From the IMG/VR virus record IMGVR_UViG_3300030376_004895, positions 1-64,000 of that record: a stretch of 64,000 nucleotides of DNA. One strand, given 5' to 3'. This DNA comes from a virus. Taxonomy: Duplodnaviria; Caudoviricetes. Within the stretch, counting starts at the first letter, position 1; each line of letters opens with the position of its first letter. Below the pieces are notes generated by a model, which was given only the letters and a program-made list of their open reading frames with translations, was not told the origin of the DNA and searched no databases. Of the stretch, positions 55,301 through 64,000 are shown piece by piece. A program made the position numbers and the translations under genes.

Positions 55301-58300
55301 TTGCCCTGGAACTCTGTATTAACTCCTTCAATCAAGAGGTTGCCACTTGAGGGGAAACTGATTGCTTGGTTGCCGTTGCTCGCATTCTTGATTTTGTATG
55401 CGCCTTGACTAATGTGAATGTCACCGCTTTGAACATAAGTATCACCAACGACATGGAGAGGATGTGAGGGACTCGTAGTTTTTATTCCGACCCTACCATC
55501 GCCCCTCACAATCATCACATCTTCGTTATCGCTGAATCTGAATGTGAAGTTATCAGTCGATGCAGTTCCGCCTTCGTGCTTGATGTAATGTCCACCTGCA
55601 CCATTGAAGTGCAGATTGCTAGAAAGTTCAATCGAGCCTGTGACATCCAATGGGCTTGAAGGACTCGAATTGCCTATTCCGACATTACCATCAGGGCCGT
55701 GTATCCTCATGGCTTCGACTACTGTGGAATCGCCGTCCGTCCCACCTGCATTGGTGGCAAATATGATGTCATCCGTATCGCGGTTGGTTTGGAGATACAA
55801 AGAATTACCATGTGCTTGAATCCTTGAACTGCTACCATCTCCGAATACCCTGATGTCTCCACCACTCGTATTACCGAGTTGTAGGTAGCCTGACCCGTTT
55901 GCTCTGATGATGCCATTATTTTGAACAAGGACTTGACCATCTTCGGCAATCCTCATTCTTTCCACGTTGCCATCGTTGTCATTCGTGAAGAATACCAATG
56001 CCCCACTCGCCCAAGAGTTAGCATTCCTTGTGTTGTAGGTGGCTGATATAGCGGCTACTGCTACGGGGTTCGCATTAGCGGGGTTGCCATCATCATCCTC
56101 GTGAGTGGTGAATGCTATGTGGGGCGACCAGTTGTTGTTTGTCGGATCTTCGTTATGCAGGGCAAGACCGATTTCTTGCTCATCCCAATCCGTGTTTGCA
56201 TCATCGGCATGGATAACCATCTTTGCGGCTCGTTGATGACTACCTGTTAGGAATATTCCATTTTCGACTTCATACGCAGTTGAACCCACATGGAGCTGTG
56301 CGGCAGGGCTTGTAGTGCCTATTCCGACCCTGCTTGTAGATGCTTCTCCGAATAGGTAAGTGCCACCTGTTCCCCTCACTAGGAAGTCAATGTCATCCGA
56401 GTCGGCTGCTATGATTACCTGCTTCTGACTGTGCGATTGAACTGTGACATACTCATCGCCTCCATTCTCTGGAGTTGCCATTATGCCCGCTTTGTGATTG
56501 GATGCATACTGCCTACCGAAAATCCAATCCTCTGTCACCGAACCATCGCTGTTGTCGTAATCCCCTATCACCATACCTGCGGCACGATAGCCATCTGCGA
56601 AGACTCTGATACCTGCTACTTGATCGCCCGATGAAGCGTTGTCGGACTTGAATGTCGCAAGCGCACTATCGCCTTGTAGCGTAAGATTCGGGCCACCTGT
56701 AAGGGCGGTGCTCTCACCACTCTTACCTAAGAAGAGGTTTCCGTCAATATCTAATTTATGTTGTGGGGATGTGACTCCTATCCCGACATTACCATCGGAT
56801 TTGATCGTCATTTTCTCTTGACGACCTGTTCCTGCATCGGTAGTATAGAAGTGAAGGCTACCTGTGACTGTGGCGTTTGCAGTAAGCCCTGTGTCAATCG
56901 TAGCACCGATACCACCGACTTCCTGTGCGCTACCATTGTTTTTCTTAGTCCTGAAGTGGATGTTAGAACCTGCTCCGTCTGCATCCATATTCATTCTGGT
57001 GATGTTTAGTGGCCCATAATTCGCCCCGTTGTTAGTAGTGGATGATGCCTCACGAATGTCCCAGGGAACGGGCGTTCCGCTTCCTGTGTGACTTGCGAGA
57101 ATAACTTGGTCGGTTCCTGTGTTGTCAATGATCACATTACCATCGTGATCGCCCTGTGCTTGGAATGTCCCTGTGACATCGAGTGTGAAGCCAGGACTCG
57201 TAGTGCCTATTCCGACTCTCATTGTGCTACCATCTAGCATCATCAAGTCAGTATTAGCGGCATTCATCCTGAATCGTATGTCGCCATTATCTATTCTTTG
57301 GTCAATGTAAGAAGCACTTGCTCTATGGAATGCGAAAGCATTGTTTGTCATTAGGGTGTAATAGTCATCTGCTTGTAGTCCTACTTGTATTGACCCATTA
57401 TCCACATGAAGTGTAGTCTCAGGACTCGTAGTGCCTATTCCGACTCTCGCGTTCGCCCCATCAATCTTCATGACATCGGTGTTCGCAGATTTGAATGTCA
57501 TCGAATCATCGGCAATCGTGATCTGCTCCTGGGAACTCATGGCACGTTGTAATTTCAGATCCTCGTTGTATGAGGAAACTATTCCCGAATCAACCACTAT
57601 TTGCTTGTTGAGATAGAATTTGCTGACATCGGTGCTGATGTGAGCATAAGTGCCGTTCTGAGGCCCAAATGAAATATATCCATTACTGTTTCTAGCTTGG
57701 AAAGTGACACCAGAATCTGGAGTGTAGGATTTCCAACAGTTATCTCCCTCATCAAAGAGGAGCGTAGCGTTTGCCGTGTCTCCCCTCTCAACCTCGATAC
57801 CCGCATCGACATCGGCAGGTGTCCCTGTGACGTTGCTATTGAGGACAACGATGTTATCCTCTACGGCAAGGTTGGTCGTGTTGATGGTGGTCGTTGTTCC
57901 TGATACAGTCAAGTCACCTGCGACAGTCACATTTGCACCTGATAGCGTTAGGGCAGTAGTTCCACCAGATGATTTGATGTCATTACCACTAACTTGTAAA
58001 TCTCCTGAAACGGTGACATTACCTGTTCTATTGATGTCAAGTAAGTTTGTTCCGGCGGCATTCCTAAAGAGGAAGCCATCTCCGTCACCGTTGTCTCGAA
58101 GAATGAATCTCAAATCTCTATTAAGTGGGCCGATGATTTCGGCATATGTGTCCGATCCGGCGTAGTTCATCGTAAGGGATCCTACTGCCGATGCCGCACC
58201 TGTGACAGTCAAAGCCCCTGTTAGCGTTCCACCGGCAGAAGTAGTCTCGAACGACTTAGTGTTATCATAATACAGCTCGACATTGCCATTCTTGTTTATC

Positions 58301-61300
58301 TCAATGCCCTTTTCAGTTCCAATGTTGAATTGGATACCTGCGCCATCCTCATTCTTGAATATCATCCAGGAGTCTGTTGCCGCATTGTGAGTTATGCGTG
58401 TATGCGAACCATCGAACTTCAACTCCAATTGTTGCGAAGCACCCAATCTCAGCCTTGCATCATTGACAGGCAGATCAACGCTGTTGTATGATTGGCTGCC
58501 ATTTGAATTGCCACCTCTAAGCCTCAATACTTCTTGAAGAGTGAATACATCATCATTTGAGTCATTTGTGTCAAGGTAGAATGACATCTGCCCTTCATTG
58601 ACAAGACTCGACCCTACTGATTTGTATGCAATCCTAGCATCAGCAGTATCGGTTCTGAATGTGACACCTGCCCATGACCCATCTGTGGTCGATTCGTTCT
58701 CAATGTATAGGCCACCGCCTTGAGCATTAGCCCCGATAGCACCCGCACCGCTTGATGAGCCGCTACCCTCTGGATCAGTCCTGTTATCTGTGTATTTCAG
58801 ATGAAGAGGGAACAATGGAGCTGTTTCGCCTATTCCTAACTTACCTGCTGAATTAAGTGTCATCTTTACTGCCGCACTTGTGGCGAACTTTATGTCGGCG
58901 GCTTCGGCATTCCAAATATAGAAATGCTCACCTGCGACTTGTAATAAGGAACCATGACCGGAAGCCGTTCCTGTTGTATCGTTGGTTAGTCTCAGTTCTG
59001 GAAGAGTAGCATCATTGATGTGTAGTCCTCTTCCACCATTTGAGTAATTTGCAGGGCTACTTGTTCCTATTCCCACATAACCATCAGAAGCAATCCTCAT
59101 GGCTTCGTTCTTAGTGCTACTACCGCTATGGGGGCTGAATACGATAGCCGCCGCACCGCTTGACACGTTCGTCAGTTCAAACTCTATGTCTCCGGCAGGA
59201 ACGGTATTCCAAAAGCCCTCGATGCCTATTCTCTCTCCAAGTGCATTGACTGTCGAATCCCTTAGCCTTAGCATCAGATTCTCAGCATCAGACTCGCTTC
59301 TCTCGATGTGGAGTTTGGTTGCGGGAGTAGTAGTGCCTATTCCGACATTGCCCGTTGTTCCTTCTACCACTAATCTATAGGCTGACGCATCTATATTGTA
59401 TAAACCAAATGCGCCTGTTCCATCCACAGTACCAGCATTGTCAGCCGCAGAAATTAATCTCCACTCATCCCCTCCTGTTGCAGTAGCATCAAGGCTAATC
59501 TGTGAACCTGTGATATGAGATGAATCAACACTCAATGACACTTCTGCGTTATCTGAAATATGAAGTTTAGTAGTTGGGGCTGTATTGCCTATTCCGACCT
59601 TGCCATCAGTCTTGACCACCATATGGACATTGTTGCCCTCAACGATGCGTAGTTTGTCGCTATCTGCCCCCCTTGCCTGTAATTTCCAATGATGGGAATC
59701 GGTCTTTATCTCAACCGCAGGGTTGCTGCTTGATCCTGTGTCTTCCACAAGGAGTGACGTTCCACCATCAGTTCCCTTTAGGTGCAGGGTATCATCAGGA
59801 CTTGCAGTTCCAATTCCTACTCGTTGATTCGCAGTATGAAGATACATAGGGGTTGCAGTAATTCCATCATAGATCCTATACTGAGTATCGCTTCCTCCAC
59901 CAAGACCCATTGCCATTGTTCTGAAATAAGCAGGAGAAAGTGTGCTGGAGTTGCCTTCTCCATCGGTAGCAGGTGTGGTTGTGGAACCCGTTGTCGTGTT
60001 ATACCAAGTCCAAGAAGTAGCGGGAATGTTATCCCCATGCCTTACGTTCTGTATGACTTGTAGGTATTTCTTATTCCATGCTTGGTCGTTTCTGAAATAC
60101 AGAGTTGCCTTCGGGTCTGAACCCCCGCTACTATGGTCGAATACCATTAGGAAGGTATCTTGAGCAGTTGAAGCGTAAGGCCCATGAATAGTGAAAGCCT
60201 TTGTCCACCAGGTAGTAGCGAACTCACCACGAATCAATAATTCTGTCCAATGAGAGGCGTTTCCTCTTTGAGTTATCTTTGCATGGAATGAGAATGAGTC
60301 ATAGTTGCTTCCATCCATGATCCACTCGCAAACCTTGATCCACTTGTTTGCGTTATTGCCATCAGCGACTCCTAGTGTGTATGAGTTAGGAGTAAATTGT
60401 CTGTTATCCGAACCATATAGCTCTCCCTTGTCATTTAGAGTCAGTTTCGTTGCCCCGCCCGTTTGGAAAAACATATCGTCATCAGCATGGAGAGTTAAAT
60501 CATCGTCAGCCGCTAATGTAATATCAGTTCCAGTAGCATTCCAATATAGGTAGGAACCTGTGGCATCTGCGCTTAGGAACATCTTACCTGCTTGACCAGT
60601 ATATCCTACTTTCGCGTTAGTAGTATTCAAAAATGTTTGAGCATCTTCCACCTTGACTCTTTGTGTGCCATTTGTTTTCAAAGTAATATGATTACCTGCC
60701 CCATTCGCAACAATATCCAATCCTGTTCCATCTGTGATGAGTCTGACATCGAAGTCATCAGATGAGTTATTCTTCAAGTCGATGTAAGCACCGGAAGACC
60801 CACCCATTTCTATGCGACCATAGCCACTTGAGGGATATATGGCTAACAACCCCGATGGGTCATAAGTCAAGGTCGATTCGACAGATGCCTCATCTGCATC
60901 CTTGTAGGTCAAGACACCATTGGCAGTTGAGCCATCGAAAGCGATTCCTCCCGCGCCACCTGTGTCTATGGAATCTTGCAAGTCATCAATCGTCATGTAT
61001 TTCCAGGAGGATGCCGACTCATCCCAAAGTATGATCTTGTCATCCGTAGCATCAGTCGATTCAGTCAGTTGAGTCAGAGTTGCAGGGTCGGCTAGACCAA
61101 GAGTGGCAGAGTAGGAACCTGAGCCTGTGTTCGTTTCGCTCGCTATCGTGATAGGGGATGTGACTGTGAGATCAACGCCCGTGATGTCGCCCGTGTTGGT
61201 AGTGTATCCGTATGACAGTATCTTGTCCTGGACGGCGGCTGAAGTCATGATGGTGGTGTCGTTATCCGCAAAGGACTCCGAACCTGTCTGTATGGCAGAA

Positions 61301-63999
61301 CCAGCTATGTTCGCTACTGCAACACTCTGCAGGAAGCCGAATGAGTTTGCTTCGATGTAATTCTTGATTCCCGCCGCAGTAAGGAATGATGTGTCGTTGT
61401 TGCCGAATGAGGATACCTCTGAGCTAGTCTGAACCGCCGCACCTGCAAATTGGGCTACTCCTAAACTGCCGACATTCAAGGTGTTGCCCGACTTAGACAA
61501 CCCTGTCCCTGCGGTTATTTGTCCCGTTCCTGTGAATTGGGTGAATGTCAATGAGGTTGAGTCAAGAGTAATGTCATCATTGGTCGTGAGAATCCAACCT
61601 TGATCTCCATTGACAGTCCCTTCTTCAACCCATACATAGAGTCCCGCCGTGACCTCCACATCAGCATCCGCATCAGAGGCCCGCGACCAGCCACTTGCCG
61701 AAGCGACATAGATGCCATTCTCTGATCCATCACTTTGATCTTTAACGAGAACTCTGTCATTTGCTTGCACGGATACCCCGTCAATGGTCTGTGTTCCACT
61801 ACGAGTTATGTTGGCCGTTGTAGCGACTCTCACAGAGTCTTTCGTGTCTAGCCCCTGCTTGAGTCCATCAACGTATGATTTGGTTGCTATCGTGCCTGTA
61901 TCGACATTGAATGTCAGCGTTTCATTCCCTGCCTGGTCGGTAGTGAAGTTGCCACCGCCGGATAGACCTGTTCCCGCCGTAAGGGTGATTGTAGCATCAT
62001 TGGCGGAAGGCACACCGGCTATTGTGAGTTGTTGGGGAGAGGTTCCTGTATTGGGTGTGAGCGTTATGTTGGCCCCTGCTACGAACTTGACATCCTGGGT
62101 TCCACTACTCGCACCACTCTTTGTTAAACGCAAGAGGGCATCGTTTGAGCTATCGACAAAGGATGTGGCAAAGACGTTCTGAGTGTTGGTGTCAGTCGAG
62201 GCTATGGTTAGTTGAGTGCCGCTATTCCTAGTGACTGTGACATTGGAACCACCTGTGATGGTGATGTCATCATTGCTACCTGTGCTTGGATCAAGTCTGA
62301 GGACAGGATCATTGTTGTCACCGAGCGTCTGTGCAACAAGGAGGTCATAGGTAGTTGCTGTTGTTGATGAAATGGTTATGGTATCGCCCGTTTCTGCAAT
62401 CTGGACGTTGGAACCTCCGGCAATGGTGATGTAATCCGTTCCGCTTCCCGAGCCTCCCGCAACCAGGTTGATTCGAGCATCGCTTCCAGATGTGGAGGAA
62501 TTGGTCGAGTATGTGGTATCGCTTGATACTATGGTGATGACATCGCTCTCTTGACTGACGGTGGTGTTCGTCCCACCTGCTAGCTTCACGGTGTCAGTCC
62601 CACTCCCTGAGCCACCTGCGGTCAGGACTAGGTTTGCCCCTCCTGTGACAGTCGCAGAACTGATTGCATAGGTATGGTTGTCGTTTTCATCCGTTCCCCA
62701 TGCTATTACGCCCCCTGCACCTGTCTTGAGGACTTGACCGGAAGAACCGCGATCCGTAGGGAATGTGAATGCATTGCCTCCTGAGTTGAATGCCACTTTG
62801 CCCGTCCCATGCGGGTCAAAGGTTATGTCGTCATTGTTATTTGATGTCTTGAATGTAAGAGGCGATGCCGTGACTATTTCCCCTCCATTCCCTGTCGTAT
62901 GAATCCTTATGTCAAAGTCATCTGACTCAGGTGATTTGAGGTCTATACGCGCACCAACGTCACCACCCATCTCCAATGTGGTATATCCCGCATCAAGGGT
63001 ATTCGTCCCACCCGTCTTGACAATGAAACTCTCACCCGCGCCCTTGTCTATGGAGAACACCGCCCCACCCGAATTACCATCAGGACTGAATGTTAGGTAT
63101 TCTTCCCCTTGAAATGTGTCTGAATTGATTGAAGTAAGGATACGATCATTAGAACCATTAGACATGAAGTCGCTGACATCCACGCTGAACTCGCCCGAGC
63201 CGCTAATGTCTATTCCTGTCCCTGCTGTTGGAACAGAACCAGCATTCAGACCTATGTTGGTTCGTGCCTGTGCCTTCTGAGTGGTTGTGAAAGATTGAGA
63301 TGCATCTGCTCTGATCCTGTTGCCAAGAGCCGTGTTGATGGTAGAGAAATATGAAGCATCATCATTGATTGCGGCGGCTAATTCATTCAGAGTATCTAAT
63401 GCACCAGGAGCTGAATCAATCAAAGAAGTGACTTCGTTATCGACATAAGCCTTGATTGATTGTTGTGATGCGGCATGAGTGGCTGAGTTGGATGCCATGT
63501 TGTCTTCGTCTTTGAGGTCTATTGTGATGGTGGCCGAGTAATCTCCGCTTGCCGTGTTGGTTTCGCTTTGGATGAGCATCCCCGTTCCTGCGGTCAGATC
63601 AACACCAGATGTGATGTCGGCCAAGACCGCATAGCCATAGGACAGTATCTTGTCCTGGATAGCCGCAGAGGTCATGAGCGATGTGTCATTGTCTGCAAAG
63701 GACTCAGAACTCACTTGAAGGCTATTGGCGGCTAATTCGGATACGGTTAGTCCACCTACATTGAGAGTGACCGCACCTGCGGCTTGATTTGCAGTAATCC
63801 CCGTATTCGCAGTTATGCTATACACTACGCCTGTGGTGCTTGTCCCAATGGCAACACCGTTGATAGAACCCCCTGTGATGGATACATCATCCGAATCCTG
63901 AGTGGCTATTGTCCCTAACCCCAGGGATGTTCGAGCCGTTGCACCGCTTTCTGCCACCCAATTAACGCCATTTCCTACTATGAATACGCTATCAGAGGG
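52381..63999 (-). CDS. Giant modular tail fibre with C-terminal peptidase S74 intramolecular chaperone, 5'-truncated (>3858 aa)
   Basis: About 15 (V/L)GI(G/K/Y)..P modules; SDMRVKENI..LRPVKF..FIAQE..LVKAVQEL; frame open to window end. Confidence 0.85.
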   Translation of the reverse strand, partial: PSDSVFIVGNGVNWVAESGATARTSLGLGTIATQDSDDVSITGGSINGVAIGTSTTGVVYSITANTGITANQAAGAVTLNVGGLTVSELAANSLQVSSESFADNDTSLMTSAAIQDKILSYGYAVLADITSGVDLTAGTGMLIQSETNTASGDYSATITIDLKDEDNMASNSATHAASQQSIKAYVDNEVTSLIDSAPGALDTLNELAAAINDDASYFSTINTALGNRIRADASQSFTTTQKAQARTNIGLNAGSVPTAGTGIDISGSGEFSVDVSDFMSNGSNDRILTSINSDTFQGEEYLTFSPDGNSGGAVFSIDKGAGESFIVKTGGTNTLDAGYTTLEMGGDVGARIDLKSPESDDFDIRIHTTGNGGEIVTASPLTFKTSNNNDDITFDPHGTGKVAFNSGGNAFTFPTDRGSSGQVLKTGAGGVIAWGTDENDNHTYAISSATVTGGANLVLTAGGSGSGTDTVKLAGGTNTTVSQESDVITIVSSDTTYSTNSSTSGSDARINLVAGGSGSGTDYITIAGGSNVQIAETGDTITISSTTATTYDLLVAQTLGDNNDPVLRLDPSTGSNDDITITGGSNVTVTRNSGTQLTIASTDTNTQNVFATSFVDSSNDALLRLTKSGASSGTQDVKFVAGANITLTPNTGTSPQQLTIAGVPSANDATITLTAGTGLSGGGNFTTDQAGNETLTFNVDTGTIATKSYVDGLKQGLDTKDSVRVATTANITRSGTQTIDGVSVQANDRVLVKDQSDGSENGIYVASASGWSRASDADADVEVTAGLYVWVEEGTVNGDQGWILTTNDDITLDSTSLTFTQFTGTGQITAGTGLSKSGNTLNVGSLGVAQFAGAAVQTSSEVSSFGNNDTSFLTAAGIKNYIEANSFGFLQSVAVANIAGSAIQTGSESFADNDTTIMTSAAVQDKILSYGYTTNTGDITGVDLTVTSPITIASETNTGSGSYSATLGLADPATLTQLTESTDATDDKIILWDESASSWKYMTIDDLQDSIDTGGAGGIAFDGSTANGVLTYKDADEASVESTLTYDPSGLLAIYPSSGYGRIEMGGSSGAYIDLKNNSSDDFDVRLITDGTGLDIVANGAGNHITLKTNGTQRVKVEDAQTFLNTTNAKVGYTGQAGKMFLSADATGSYLYWNATGTDITLAADDDLTLHADDDMFFQTGGATKLTLNDKGELYGSDNRQFTPNSYTLGVADGNNANKWIKVCEWIMDGSNYDSFSFHAKITQRGNASHWTELLIRGEFATTWWTKAFTIHGPYASTAQDTFLMVFDHSSGGSDPKATLYFRNDQAWNKKYLQVIQNVRHGDNIPATSWTWYNTTTGSTTTPATDGEGNSSTLSPAYFRTMAMGLGGGSDTQYRIYDGITATPMYLHTANQRVGIGTASPDDTLHLKGTDGGTSLLVEDTGSSSNPAVEIKTDSHHWKLQARGADSDKLRIVEGNNVHMVVKTDGKVGIGNTAPTTKLHISDNAEVSLSVDSSHITGSQISLDATATGGDEWRLISAADNAGTVDGTGAFGLYNIDASAYRLVVEGTTGNVGIGTTTPATKLHIERSESDAENLMLRLRDSTVNALGERIGIEGFWNTVPAGDIEFELTNVSSGAAAIVFSPHSGSSTKNEAMRIASDGYVGIGTSSPANYSNGGRGLHINDATLPELRLTNDTTGTASGHGSLLQVAGEHFYIWNAEAADIKFATSAAVKMTLNSAGKLGIGETAPLFPLHLKYTDNRTDPEGSGSSSGAGAIGANAQGGGLYIENESTTDGSWAGVTFRTDTADARIAYKSVGSSLVNEGQMSFYLDTNDSNDDVFTLQEVLRLRGGNSNGSQSYNSVDLPVNDARLRLGASQQLELKFDGSHTRITHNAATDSWMIFKNEDGAGIQFNIGTEKGIEINKNGNVELYYDNTKSFETTSAGGTLTGALTVTGAASAVGSLTMNYAGSDTYAEIIGPLNRDLRFILRDNGDGDGFLFRNAAGTNLLDINRTGNVTVSGDLQVSGNDIKSSGGTTALTLSGANVTVAGDLTVSGTTTTINTTNLAVEDNIVVLNSNVTGTPADVDAGIEVERGDTANATLLFDEGDNCWKSYTPDSGVTFQARNSNGYISFGPQNGTYAHISTDVSKFYLNKQIVVDSGIVSSYNEDLKLQRAMSSQEQITIADDSMTFKSANTDVMKIDGANARVGIGTTSPETTLHVDNGSIQVGLQADDYYTLMTNNAFAFHRASASYIDQRIDNGDIRFRMNAANTDLMMLDGSTMRVGIGTTSPGFTLDVTGTFQAQGDHDGNVIIDNTGTDQVILASHTGSGTPVPWDIREASSTTNNGANYGPLNITRMNMDADGAGSNIHFRTKKNNGSAQEVGGIGATIDTGLTANATVTGSLHFYTTDAGTGRQEKMTIKSDGNVGIGVTSPQHKLDIDGNLFLGKSGESTALTGGPNLTLQGDSALATFKSDNASSGDQVAGIRVFADGYRAAGMVIGDYDNSDGSVTEDWIFGRQYASNHKAGIMATPENGGDEYVTVQSHSQKQVIIAADSDDIDFLVRGTGGTYLFGEASTSRVGIGTTSPAAQLHVGSTAYEVENGIFLTGSHQRAAKMVIHADDANTDWDEQEIGLALHNEDPTNNNWSPHIAFTTHEDDDGNPANANPVAVAAISATYNTRNANSWASGALVFFTNDNDGNVERMRIAEDGQVLVQNNGIIRANGSGYLQLGNTSGGDIRVFGDGSSSRIQAHGNSLYLQTNRDTDDIIFATNAGGTDGDSTVVEAMRIHGPDGNVGIGNSSPSSPLDVTGSIELSSNLHFNGAGGHYIKHEGGTASTDNFTFRFSDNEDVMIVRGDGRVGIKTTSPSHPLHVVGDTYVQSGDIHISQGAYKIKNASNGNQAISFPSSGNLLIEGVNTEFQGNVTSTGVFVDKNSRVVGASSQVLDVQWTVGTGSDTNGYFDFVQNGNTNENSRVWGDTPSPYYPQRGILWQMTNMDAGGGDGGWTTDAFPVDHTRTYRFSVFARQESPQSGSGSMTLYFGTHGYGNTNGVVHIDNDQVSTNPYFWAGDLPETGKWYLLVGHVLGSGDTAPDTNIYGGIYDVDTGKKEANITDSFRWHTDTTTSKHRSFLFYYDDTGNTDPDGYLFGPRVDLCDGTEPPISSLINGGYFYSTKTSTMVTIANDNASADADATLRLLSQHGSDTWTDLTEDTYGNFEITGGASTRRSIMKMTDHDTTTGTLEFNREHFDWDTKIYGDSATPAIMVDGSTDRVGIYTASPVSTLQIAGDTTIYNATNEAHLVLRRDATGANYGSAIKFQFGDSGSASSGHEYARMTGNIEDSTNTAEDGYMTFSTSLAGTLAEKMRITSAGKVGIGTDTPPDTMTIEHATAPILGIYRNTNVASLSAGDVLSKIAFRKHTGNSGNTTVELYNVHGNSGTSDGVTDDYHTSDFRIATRKIGTANLTDRFTILGQEGYVGIGTTSPEVLLHVKGDTYIQSATANQLLRIHADTNSSPAPRIEMMRGTHDTWGTGDNYNDWRIENVNHLKFYSGTSSVSSGAAVERFEILSDGSGITNNNAYVIPGTAGSAGQVLKWPSSGTVLEWAADGGDIDTNLNLANNPTWTVTTTSGIGLEITRNQSASNMDNDLVRIRDDSQYSDQAVLRLIHDGFDQMQAADHSKVTGALVAQSTDDTIQWPVTVANAKNANSDGYGVGIKLKLSGWGNEDETDKWAGIGARGDDSSNWGRPTGMMFWTRSSTTSGTTPTEKMYLDGGGQLGIGVTAPSHIIHVNGQGRATNSAWATSSDMRVKENIVELDSSLDVINSLRPVKFDYIDGAKDQINFIAQEFKEVIPDAVTLTEEQGLDDFHVLDTSMLVPMLVKAVQELTAKVEELEARLDG
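53635..59598 (-). repeat. Eight identical 12-mers GTCGGAATAGGC (VGIG) at fibre module junctions
   Basis: + strand GCCTATTCCGAC at 53635, 53947, 55672, 56317, 57205, 57433, 59335, 59587; 29-nt exact pair 57192-57220/57420-57448. Confidence 0.85.
61214..63659 (-). repeat. Duplicated fibre module FADNDT..MTSAA.QDKILSYGY
   Basis: 19-nt exact repeat at 61214-32 and 63641-59 within a longer similar segment. Confidence 0.75.
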
Positions 64000-64000
64000 G

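Noticed and set aside
53635-59598. Fibre repeats as CRISPR array, shufflon or DGR
   Set aside because: Repeats are in-frame coding and irregularly spaced, no inverted copies were noticed, and no invertase, reverse transcriptase or adenine-specific TR/VR pair is visible
31096-62182. Many + strand ORFs opposite the tail genes (e.g. 31096, 33988, 52592, 57776, 61784)
   Set aside because: Antisense shadows of long Thr/Gly/Ser-rich genes; no SD or motifs

Overview
The window looks like part of a tailed archaeal dsDNA virus genome, most consistent with a magrovirus (virus of Marine Group II Euryarchaeota/Poseidoniales). This is inferred from gene content (group II chaperonin, archaeal-type replication genes, siphovirus-like tail module), not from a database search. 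The left half (1-28472, almost all + strand) holds tightly coupled small acidic and zinc-finger ORFs, a PAPS-reductase-like protein, an SF1 helicase and a thermosome. It then carries a transcription/replication/recombination block: PC4-like protein, single TFB-type cyclin repeat, degenerate ATP-dependent ligase, LAGLIDADG-like protein, OB-fold SSB, P-loop ATPase, Cas4-like nuclease, C5 methyltransferase, fused PriS-PriL primase, ERCC4 nuclease, MCM-like ATPase and degenerate exonuclease. The right half (28469-64000, - strand) is the tail module: a giant 5'-truncated fibre with S74 chaperone, tail tube, SAP protein, tail assembly chaperone pair, short tape measure, Dit-like protein and two giant tail-tip proteins. 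Best leads: (1) a possible transcription-takeover kit, made of a recurring GAGTGTTCATA promoter-like motif, a half-TFB, PC4 and a TFS-like ribbon lacking its acidic tip; (2) a full-architecture but catalytically erased DNA ligase plus two other pseudo-enzymes; (3) a dual-coded methyltransferase with a many-module variable region; (4) a -1 slippery site joining the tail chaperones; (5) codon-identical junction repeats in the fibre; (6) a promoter-driven switch-like structured RNA. No capsid, terminase, DNA polymerase, tRNA or CRISPR array was seen. Family assignments come from motif recognition by eye.
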